From a virus (Duplodnaviria > Caudoviricetes): a stretch of DNA of 25,993 nt. The stretch covers positions 1 to 25,993 of the IMG/VR virus record IMGVR_UViG_3300021138_000150; one strand, given 5' to 3'. Shown piece by piece: positions 6,909 through 14,127 of the stretch. Made by a program: the position numbers and the translations under genes. Every line of letters starts with the position of its first letter. Position 1 is the first letter of the stretch. The notes below the pieces were generated by a model. It saw only the letters and a list, made by a program, of their open reading frames with translations. It was not told the DNA's origin and did no database searches.

Positions 6909-9293
6909 ATGCCTACTACTAGCCCTGCACAAGAGCGTTTGATGCAAGCCGCCTGTCATACACCAGGTGGGTTTGGTGGCGTTCCTAAAAGCGTGGGCTG
7001 TGAGTTTGTTGGCAAAAAAGACGGCATGAAAAAAATCACCGAAGAATTGGCAGGTGTTTATGCTGAATTGTCCAAAATTAAAGAAGATGCTGAGGCTTGG
7101 ACAAAGAAAGAAGGTAAGAACAAAAATGGTGGTTTAAATGAAAAAGGCCGTGAATCCTACAATAAGGAACATGGCGCACATTTAAAAGCACCGCAGCCCG
7201 AAGGTGGTGCGCGAAAGAAATCCTTTTGCGCCCGCATGAAAGGCATGAAGGCCAAACTCACTTCATCCAAAACCGCACACGATCCTGATAGTCGCATTAA
7301 TAAATCATTGCGGAAATGGAAGTGTGATGATGAATCCATGTTGGATGCTGACCCGTGTTGGGAAGGTTATACGCAATATGGCATGAAGGAAAAAAACGGC
7401 AAACAGGTTCCCAATTGCGTGAAGTCTGATTTTGAGCCGGAAGGCATTACGCATCCAACACCCTACCCTACTGATCCACAAGGCGGCCCCACCACTCGCG
7501 CAGCGGGCATTATGTTTGAAGCCGAAGATGGCACAATCTTAATGTTGCGCCGAGGAAATGGCGGTGACTTCCCATTTCATTTTGCAATTCCAGGCGGGCA
7601 TTTAAACGGTACTGAAACCGCTGAAGAAGCCGCCCGCCGTGAAGTGCATGAGGAAACTGGCTTTTTATACGAAGGTGATTTGATACCCGTTCATGATAAC
7701 GGACAATTTATCGCATTCTATGCTGCTGATCCAGTTCCTAAATTCACACCCAAACTAAACTACGAATCCGATGGGTTTGTATGGACAGAACCCGATAATC
7801 TGCCAATGCCCATTCACCCTGGTGACGTTGATGCATTCAAAGTTGCAGCGGCAGATACCGAATTAGATGTGGCACGATTGATTGCTGAAGATATTTTGCC
7901 TAGCCCACAGCCCTTTGCAAATATGCATTTGTTGGCTATCCGCATAACCGGCACAGGATTGGCATACCGTTCAGCGATTGAAGAACATGTGTGGCGTGAT
8001 CCATCGTTGTATATGAACGATGAATTCCTGCAACGCTGCTATGGTTTGACCGTCATTATGGATCATCCAGATGGCAGCATATTGGATAGCAAAGAATTCA
8101 AAGATCGCGCCATCGGCTCGATTCTGTTACCCTATTTCAAAGGCTCTGATGAAGTTTGGGGCATAGCAAAGATTTACGACTCGGCTGCGATGAAAGAAAT
8201 CAACGAAGGCGATATTAGTACATCGCCATCAGTGGTTTTTGATGAACGGTCAGGTAATACAAATTTGATCACTGAAAGTGGCGATCCTTTACTTATTGAA
8301 GGAAAACCATTTTTGTTGGATCATATTGCAATTGTCACAAAGGCTCGCGGTAGTAAGGGCGTTTGGGATAAGGGCGGGCCTGCAACTGGTGTACTTCTCA
8401 ACAATCCTGAGGTATCTGATATGAATGAAACAACTCAGCCGAAGGCAGATGCCGCAGGCGATAAACTCGATGCAATTTTAAACGCGATCCAGAACATTTC
8501 TGCGCGTGTAGATGCAATGGAAAAAAACCTGCCCGCTGAGCCAATGACCCACATTGCTGCTGGCAAGAAAGATGACGATTCGCGCCGCAAAGATGACGAT
8601 GAAGAAATGATGGCTGCTGACAAAAAACATCGTAAAGATGACGATGAAGAAATGATGGCAGCAGATCGCAAGAAGAAGCGCAAAGATGACGATGATGACA
8701 GAATGCGTAAAGATGACGATGAAGAGGAAGAGGAAGAGAACGGTCATAAAATGATGGCTTCCGACAAAAAGCGCAAAGATGCAGTTGGTTCTAATCCTAA
8801 AGAACACGGCCCTGCTGGTGAAATCAAGCCAGATGATGACGATTGCTATAGCGATGATGACGATGATGATCGCGCTAAGAAGGCCGATGAAGAAGAAGCA
8901 GAAAAAGCCGATGCACAAGCAGCAGCCGATTCTGTTTATTCAGCTTTTGGTAAAGCAGCAAGCCGTCCATTGCAAGGCGAAGGTTTGATGGCTTACCGCA
9001 AGCGCCTGTTGCGTGGTTTGCAAGCGCATTCTGATGCGTACAAACAAATTGATTTGCGAATGATTAAAGATGCTGCTTTATTGGCTTTGGCTGAAAAACA
9101 AATCTTTGCTGATGCATTGACAGCAGCGCGTAATGACAACCAAGTGGGTGCAGGCCAATTGATCGAAATGGAACAACGTGATCGTTCAGGCCGCACAATT
9201 TCAACATTTAAAGGCGATGTGAATTCTTGGCTGGAAAGTTTTACCGTTCCTGCCCAGCGTGTTGTGGCCTTTAACACCCAAAACCGTAAATAA
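6909..9293 (+). CDS. Multidomain head protein: small N-terminal modules + NUDIX hydrolase + DUF2213-type prohead protease + acidic scaffold
   Basis: Complete Nudix box GHLNGTETAEEAARREVHEETGF (7596-7664). DUF2213-like motifs VIMDHP, ISTSP and LLDHIAIV...RG. Acidic low-complexity C-terminal half; precedes the decoration and capsid genes. Confidence 0.8.
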   Translation: MPTTSPAQERLMQAACHTPGGFGGVPKSVGCEFVGKKDGMKKITEELAGVYAELSKIKEDAEAWTKKEGKNKNGGLNEKGRESYNKEHGAHLKAPQPEGGARKKSFCARMKGMKAKLTSSKTAHDPDSRINKSLRKWKCDDESMLDADPCWEGYTQYGMKEKNGKQVPNCVKSDFEPEGITHPTPYPTDPQGGPTTRAAGIMFEAEDGTILMLRRGNGGDFPFHFAIPGGHLNGTETAEEAARREVHEETGFLYEGDLIPVHDNGQFIAFYAADPVPKFTPKLNYESDGFVWTEPDNLPMPIHPGDVDAFKVAAADTELDVARLIAEDILPSPQPFANMHLLAIRITGTGLAYRSAIEEHVWRDPSLYMNDEFLQRCYGLTVIMDHPDGSILDSKEFKDRAIGSILLPYFKGSDEVWGIAKIYDSAAMKEINEGDISTSPSVVFDERSGNTNLITESGDPLLIEGKPFLLDHIAIVTKARGSKGVWDKGGPATGVLLNNPEVSDMNETTQPKADAAGDKLDAILNAIQNISARVDAMEKNLPAEPMTHIAAGKKDDDSRRKDDDEEMMAADKKHRKDDDEEMMAADRKKKRKDDDDDRMRKDDDEEEEEENGHKMMASDKKRKDAVGSNPKEHGPAGEIKPDDDDCYSDDDDDDRAKKADEEEAEKADAQAAADSVYSAFGKAASRPLQGEGLMAYRKRLLRGLQAHSDAYKQIDLRMIKDAALLALAEKQIFADALTAARNDNQVGAGQLIEMEQRDRSGRTISTFKGDVNSWLESFTVPAQRVVAFNTQNRK
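8421..9293 (+). CDS. Putative nested in-frame scaffolding protein (290 aa)
   Basis: SD GAGGT at 8409-8413, 7 nt before in-frame ATG 8421, located at the protease/scaffold boundary. Confidence 0.6.
   Translation: MNETTQPKADAAGDKLDAILNAIQNISARVDAMEKNLPAEPMTHIAAGKKDDDSRRKDDDEEMMAADKKHRKDDDEEMMAADRKKKRKDDDDDRMRKDDDEEEEEENGHKMMASDKKRKDAVGSNPKEHGPAGEIKPDDDDCYSDDDDDDRAKKADEEEAEKADAQAAADSVYSAFGKAASRPLQGEGLMAYRKRLLRGLQAHSDAYKQIDLRMIKDAALLALAEKQIFADALTAARNDNQVGAGQLIEMEQRDRSGRTISTFKGDVNSWLESFTVPAQRVVAFNTQNRK
8568..8782 (+). repeat. Coding tandem repeat (R)KDDD(EEMMAAD)
   Basis: aaagatgacgat at 8568, 8589, 8634, 8682 and 8709; MMA(A/S)D occurs three times. Confidence 0.85.
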
Positions 9294-9305
9294 GGAACTG
9301 TCATT

Positions 9306-9920
9306 ATGAGCGCATCTATTTCACTTCAGCCGATGGCAGTAACTAATGCTGCTGGGCTATTCCAAACCAACTCTAACGGTTTCACCCAGGGCGATGCTCA
9401 GGATGATCCAGCCGTTAAGTTTGCCTTATCTGGTGGCGTGTTATCCACTTCAGCAACTACCCCACTGTGGGGCGGTGTGCCGATTTCTGAGGATATTCCC
9501 GCAGCTTCCACCGTGCCTGGTGCTGGTGTATTAGGCAGCACGATTATTCAGGCTACATCGGACGCGAACACCACTGGTATTTGCGTGTTTAATCAAGCGT
9601 TTGGTGGTATCACTACTCCTCAATCAGATGTGCCTTTGTTTAGCCCTGGAATGTCTGTTAATTTTTATCGCTTGGGTTCAGGCGCACGCATTCCTTTGCG
9701 TTGCAGTGCGAGTTTGGTATCACTCGATGGCGGTCTAATCACGCAGCAAGTAAGCTATGATTTTAGCGCTCAACAGTTGATTCCTTACGACAGCAGCAAT
9801 CCTTTCCCCGTGAAAGTATTGCGTGTTAGCGTTGCCAACAACCGCACTGTGTCTTACAACAGCGGTACAGGTAATGCTAATTGGGCAACCAACGAATATG
9901 TGGCTTTGTGCCTCATTTAA
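9306..9920 (+). CDS. Capsid decoration/cement protein (putative)
   Basis: 204 aa, beta-rich, between scaffold and MCP; SD AAGGA. Confidence 0.6.
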   Translation: MSASISLQPMAVTNAAGLFQTNSNGFTQGDAQDDPAVKFALSGGVLSTSATTPLWGGVPISEDIPAASTVPGAGVLGSTIIQATSDANTTGICVFNQAFGGITTPQSDVPLFSPGMSVNFYRLGSGARIPLRCSASLVSLDGGLITQQVSYDFSAQQLIPYDSSNPFPVKVLRVSVANNRTVSYNSGTGNANWATNEYVALCLI

Positions 9921-9942
9921 TCTTTTAAAGGATACCTAAACC

Positions 9943-10974
9943 ATGAGCGCATTCGCCCCAAGTTTTATTACAGCTAACCCGCATTACATGATGCCCGAAT
10001 ACATCATTCAGTATTCGCTGGCCTCTGGTGCATTTACCACTTTGGCAACTGAAAAACCCATGACCCGTTTGGGAACGGGTGATCTTTATGTTTATGCCAA
10101 GAAAATGCAGCTAACCACCCAGGTTTCGGCTAACCAATCAACTGTGAACCAGTTGCCATCGGCTACCGTAATACCTAACATGATTAGCACCCCAACCTAT
10201 CGTATTCAAACCCGTGCCCAATATGATGGCTTTGATGAAACCGCAGCAGGACATTGGGGCTATTCACTTCCCCAGGCATTGCGCCTAGCAGCCCGTCAGG
10301 GTATTGCACAGCAAATGCGTAATGCACTGTTGTATGGTTTCAACAATGCAAACTCTGGTGAAGGTCTGTTGAATACCGCAGGTGCTACCACCGTGACCTT
10401 GCCTGCTGATTCAAATGGCAACACCACCCTATCCACATGGGATTCTGGTCAACTTGCACAATTCTTCTTGAACCTGATCGGTTCATTGAAAGTTCGTACA
10501 TTGCAGATTGGACAACCCTTGCGTTTGGTGTTCTTGGCTCCCCAGCGCGTAATCAGCCAATTGTCTTATGGCGGTATCGTGCAGTTGACCCAATTCCAAC
10601 GTATCGGTGCAGGTGTTGAAACCGCAGCCGGTGTGATCGAAACTGTTGCACAATGGGCGGGCGGTGATGATGTGTCGTTTGCAGTGGACGATACCTTGAT
10701 TGGTCAAGGCGCAGGTGGCTCTGATGCTATTCTGTTGATTGCACCTGAAATCAAGATTCCCAAGGCTGACACTCAAATCAACACGAACATTTTTGCAACA
10801 CTCACCCCCAACACTACCGCAGTATCATTGATGTTGATTGACGTTGCTGCACCTACTGAAATCCCCACTCCCCTACCTGATGCTGCGCTCACCGTGTTGT
10901 ACACGATGCGTTCAACCTCTGGATGGGTATTGCGCCCTGAAGCACTGACTGTTCTATCAGCCTTCTACGCATAA
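9943..10974 (+). CDS. Major capsid protein (HK97 fold)
   Basis: 343 aa; LLYG......EGLLN and T.GW..RPEA motifs; good SD; followed by a terminator. Confidence 0.82.
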   Translation: MSAFAPSFITANPHYMMPEYIIQYSLASGAFTTLATEKPMTRLGTGDLYVYAKKMQLTTQVSANQSTVNQLPSATVIPNMISTPTYRIQTRAQYDGFDETAAGHWGYSLPQALRLAARQGIAQQMRNALLYGFNNANSGEGLLNTAGATTVTLPADSNGNTTLSTWDSGQLAQFFLNLIGSLKVRTLQIGQPLRLVFLAPQRVISQLSYGGIVQLTQFQRIGAGVETAAGVIETVAQWAGGDDVSFAVDDTLIGQGAGGSDAILLIAPEIKIPKADTQINTNIFATLTPNTTAVSLMLIDVAAPTEIPTPLPDAALTVLYTMRSTSGWVLRPEALTVLSAFYA

Positions 10975-10993
10975 GTAATACGCAATAATGAAG

Positions 10994-11022
10994 AAGCCCC
11001 CTTATTGGGGGCTTTTTTATTT
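10994..11022 (+). terminator. Rho-independent terminator, possibly bidirectional
   Basis: AAGCCCCC-TTATT-GGGGGCTT followed by TTTTATTT; on the minus strand the stem is followed by TTCTTCATTATT. Confidence 0.88.
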
Positions 11023-11027
11023 GTACA

Positions 11028-11057
11028 TTGAAAAAGGTATTTATTCCCCCATTTAAT
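11028..11057 (+). promoter_or_regulatory. Candidate sigma70 promoter for the 11185 gene
   Basis: TTGAAA (11028-11033), 18-nt spacer, TTTAAT (11052-11057), directly after the terminator. Confidence 0.35.
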
Positions 11058-11153
11058 AATTGGGGATAAAATGGCGAAGGCCAATCAGCTTTTGACTGAT
11101 CGGCCCTCTGACTATGGAGTGGGGAACCACCCCCCACACATAGTTGCCCAATT
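11040..11153. ncRNA. Candidate structured RNA (leader or antisense sRNA)
   Basis: Three consecutive hairpins: 11040-11070, 11079-11105 (GGCC-A-ATCAG/CTGAT-C-GGCC) and 11111-11144 (ACTATG..GTGGGG/CCCCAC.CATAGT). Confidence 0.4.
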
Positions 11154-11159
11154 CTAGCA
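11151..11159 (-). promoter_or_regulatory. Candidate extended -10 antisense promoter
   Basis: Minus strand reads TG-C-TAGAAT; predicted start near 11144; no convincing -35. Confidence 0.3.
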
Positions 11160-11184
11160 AAGTCCAACCACCGGAGACACACAA

Positions 11185-11694
11185 ATGCCATCTTTTTATA
11201 TCGCTAATTGCACAAAACAAGAAAGAATGTTCTGTTATTCGCTTCCTGAGAACATGCGCCCTTTCGTTCAAATGATTCGCGCAGGTGCGCAAGTCAAAAT
11301 TGATATGCCTCAAGACCATATTGATTCCATCATTAGTCAACATGAACCTTATGGATTTGTTGAGGCAAAGAAGGTAAGCAAATCATTTGCTGGTTATTGC
11401 TACAGCATTAATAAACCTGTCAGCCTGGAAGCTATTGAGGCCGGTATCTTGCAGACCGAAAACGCTGCGGTAGATCGCGCAGCCGACATGCGCGAAATTG
11501 GTGCAATTGTGACCGACAGCATGATTGCTAACAAAGCGCAGGAAATGGGCATGACACAAAAAGGACTGACTGAAGTAGAAATTACTGAACAGCCCAAAGG
11601 CCCGTCAGATAATCGTGAATTAATCTCAGAAACAATTGAAGTGCCAAAAGAAGGCATTGCACCTCGGCGTGGTAGACCTCGCAAAAGCAGCTAA
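11185..11694 (+). CDS. Hypothetical virion-associated protein with C-terminal AT-hook-like motif
   Basis: SD GGAG; position after MCP; ends PRRGRPRKSS. Confidence 0.7.
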   Translation: MPSFYIANCTKQERMFCYSLPENMRPFVQMIRAGAQVKIDMPQDHIDSIISQHEPYGFVEAKKVSKSFAGYCYSINKPVSLEAIEAGILQTENAAVDRAADMREIGAIVTDSMIANKAQEMGMTQKGLTEVEITEQPKGPSDNRELISETIEVPKEGIAPRRGRPRKSS

Positions 11695-11700
11695 CAAGAC

Positions 11701-11725
11701 CGCCCCTTTGGGGGCGTTTTTGTTT
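11701..11725 (+). terminator. Rho-independent terminator
   Basis: CGCCCC-TTTG-GGGGCG followed by TTTTTGTTT. Confidence 0.82.
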
Positions 11726-11757
11726 ACAATGGCTCATATTCTTGCGCGAGGCAGTTT

Positions 11758-12327
11758 ATGGCCCAAATGCCCTTCTATCCCCCCAGCCTCAACGGTTATG
11801 TTCAATTTCTATTGAACCAGGGATTCCCGCAAGCCGCTTTAATCAGTCAAGCACCCATTAACTTGGCAACGGGCGCAGGATGTTTTGACACAGGCCCATC
11901 TACACCTTTGTTGGCACAAATAGATGTGTTGCTAATAGCCGAAATTGCACCAGATTGCTTGCCTACTGATTGGGTTCTTTGGAGTTACCAAAATGCCATC
12001 AACAATGTGTATTCATTAATTGGTGCGCTTGACCCTATTAATTACACGTTAGCTGTTTACAATTGGGGTGCTGATTGGTTGCTAAATTGGTCACCAGATC
12101 AAAACGGTCAAAACTTCTTTACTAACCAGCGCAAAGTCTGGAACCTGCTTACCCCAAAAACAGGTTTGGTTGAATCTGCATCGGATGAATCCACAAGCAG
12201 CAGTTATGCAGTATCTGATGCCATGAGAAACATGACCATTGGATCGCTCAATCAATTTAATACCCCCTATGGTCGTGCCTACTTAGCGATTGCTCAGAGC
12301 ATGGGCACGCTTTGGGGGCTAACGTGA
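11758..12327 (+). CDS. Head-tail adaptor (DUF4054-like)
   Basis: G.V.SASD.S.S.S and TPYGRAYL motifs; position in the neck module. Confidence 0.65.
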   Translation: MAQMPFYPPSLNGYVQFLLNQGFPQAALISQAPINLATGAGCFDTGPSTPLLAQIDVLLIAEIAPDCLPTDWVLWSYQNAINNVYSLIGALDPINYTLAVYNWGADWLLNWSPDQNGQNFFTNQRKVWNLLTPKTGLVESASDESTSSSYAVSDAMRNMTIGSLNQFNTPYGRAYLAIAQSMGTLWGLT

Positions 12328-12752
12328 AACTGCATTTGGGCGTGCGTGATGTGCCCCATGATCAATTGGGCACGGGAGATTTGGCTCAAATATTGGAACA
12401 AGAATATGGTGTGTTTGCTGGCTATGTAGAATTGCATGGGCAAGACATTATGAAAAGTCTTTTAGGCGGGATCGACACCGCAATGAAAGAAATTGGTGCA
12501 GGCAATACCGCAGTGCTCACAGGTGAATTTGATATATTTGGTCAAGCCACATTTGAAATTGCCAAAGGTTTTCAAGAGTATTTAAACCTTGAAGAAATTG
12601 CTCAATTGGGCCGCCCTGGTGTACCTACTAAAGCAGCATTGCAAGGTATTCGCAGTCACAAAAAGAATAAAGGTTCAGGGGAACGCCGTCCTAGCTTTAT
12701 TGATACCGGCATTTATCAAAATAGTGCCGCAGCCTGGGTGGAATACGACTGA
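12324..12752 (+). CDS. Neck/tail completion protein (putative)
   Basis: GTG 12324 overlaps the upstream stop (GTGA); RPSFIDTGIY motif resembles PLIDTG.L of tail-completion proteins. Confidence 0.55.
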   Translation: MKLHLGVRDVPHDQLGTGDLAQILEQEYGVFAGYVELHGQDIMKSLLGGIDTAMKEIGAGNTAVLTGEFDIFGQATFEIAKGFQEYLNLEEIAQLGRPGVPTKAALQGIRSHKKNKGSGERRPSFIDTGIYQNSAAAWVEYD

Positions 12753-13717
12753 TGGCTTTAGTTGCCTCAAATGACCAATCGCAAATTGCATCGGGCTTAT
12801 TGTCTGGTGTACAAGTCCTATCCGCACAAGGCAATGTCACCTTTACGCTTTATGTGGCTCAAGTGTTGCCAGTTGATCAAACGCTATTTTGGGTATTAAG
12901 CACTGAAGTCAGCGGCCCCGCTTTGATGCAAATATTCAATGGTGTGATGCCGCCCACCACAATACAAGTTACACCTAGCAGCCTACATCATAGTATTGAG
13001 ACAGAGCAGCGCGAAGATGATACGTTTGGACGCACCTATGTGGTGCTGACAACTAATCAAGAAATCAAAGATTTAAACGAATTAGCACCCCAGGCATTGT
13101 ATTTAGCTACCATTGCGGGCGTGCAATATTCATTTAGCCGTCAACGGCTATTCTATGACCAAGCGGGATTATTTCACTATACGGGTATTGCTGTTGAACC
13201 TGCTATGGCAAGTCAAATTATTAATAGTTCGGCAGACTTTAATCAGATGCAGGTGGTGAGTAATTCCCTACCCTTTTGGCTATCCATTGGCACAAATGTG
13301 CCGATGACATACACCAGCTATTTAGTGCCTGCCAATACTAAACCACCCTATGCAGTAATTCATATTGAACCGGATCGCACACAACCAATACAAGCATTGC
13401 CCGCAATTGATGTGGATGGCACACCTTGGCAACTGGCTTATGATGACGTGCGAATCACCCTTTATGGGTTGCATAACAAAGAAGCCGTGATTTATTTACA
13501 AGACATTTTAACGTGGATCACTAATAATGACGCAAACATGGGGTTAATGTCGATGCCGATCATTAAAGACATGAAACGCACACAGCGTGAATTAACTACA
13601 TTAGCGCAGAAAAAAACCCTTGATTTTAGAGTATCCTATTATCAAACAGCAGCATTAGGAATTGCCCAAAAACTCATCGAACATGCGACAATGACGTATC
13701 ATGTGAATCCATTGTGA
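12752..13717 (+). CDS. Neck protein (head closure/tail terminator-type, possibly fused)
   Basis: 321 aa, translationally coupled (TGATG), between the adaptor and sheath genes; function inferred from position. Confidence 0.5.
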   Translation: MALVASNDQSQIASGLLSGVQVLSAQGNVTFTLYVAQVLPVDQTLFWVLSTEVSGPALMQIFNGVMPPTTIQVTPSSLHHSIETEQREDDTFGRTYVVLTTNQEIKDLNELAPQALYLATIAGVQYSFSRQRLFYDQAGLFHYTGIAVEPAMASQIINSSADFNQMQVVSNSLPFWLSIGTNVPMTYTSYLVPANTKPPYAVIHIEPDRTQPIQALPAIDVDGTPWQLAYDDVRITLYGLHNKEAVIYLQDILTWITNNDANMGLMSMPIIKDMKRTQRELTTLAQKKTLDFRVSYYQTAALGIAQKLIEHATMTYHVNPL

Positions 13718-13752
13718 TAAACTTGTAGTAGCCTTTATTAAGGAGATTGGAC

Positions 13753-14112
13753 ATGGCTATTGGCCCATTATCAGCGGCAACACTAACAAACCCTTCTAGT
13801 TCGGTTGTGCTAGGTATTAGCGATGACAATCGCGTTGCCATTACGAGCGGATCAACTTCACGCGCATTAAACATTTCTGCAACCACCGTTGTTAAAGCAG
13901 GCGCAGGCCGCATTGATAATGTTGCGGTGACTGTTGCTGGATCGGGCGCGGGTTCCATTCATGATTGCTTAACCACCGCACAAATTAGTGCTGCAAATAC
14001 TGTTGCAGTCATACCTGCTGTTGTTGGCGTGATCTCTGTAGATTTCCCAATTTTAGCCGGTTTAACGGTAGTGCCAGGCACAGGTCAAACCGTTGCCGTT
14101 TCATTCGTTTAA
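13753..14112 (+). CDS. Small beta-rich virion accessory protein
   Basis: SD AAGGAG then ATG 13753; V/A/G/T-rich alternating beta pattern. Confidence 0.6.
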   Translation: MAIGPLSAATLTNPSSSVVLGISDDNRVAITSGSTSRALNISATTVVKAGAGRIDNVAVTVAGSGAGSIHDCLTTAQISAANTVAVIPAVVGVISVDFPILAGLTVVPGTGQTVAVSFV

Positions 14113-14127
14113 TAAGGAATCACCGCC

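Noticed and set aside
6887-6922. 11-codon ORF (MILTKKHHAYY) overlapping the polyprotein start
   Set aside because: Too short, with no support beyond a weak -10; may be chance.
8568-8782. Repeat array as CRISPR or DGR repeat
   Set aside because: In-frame coding repeats with irregular spacing; no unique spacers, no adenine-specific variation and no reverse transcriptase in the window.
11073-11153. tRNA, hammerhead or HDV-like ribozyme
   Set aside because: No cloverleaf or T-loop, no CUGAnGA/GAAA core, and I could not build the nested pseudoknot.
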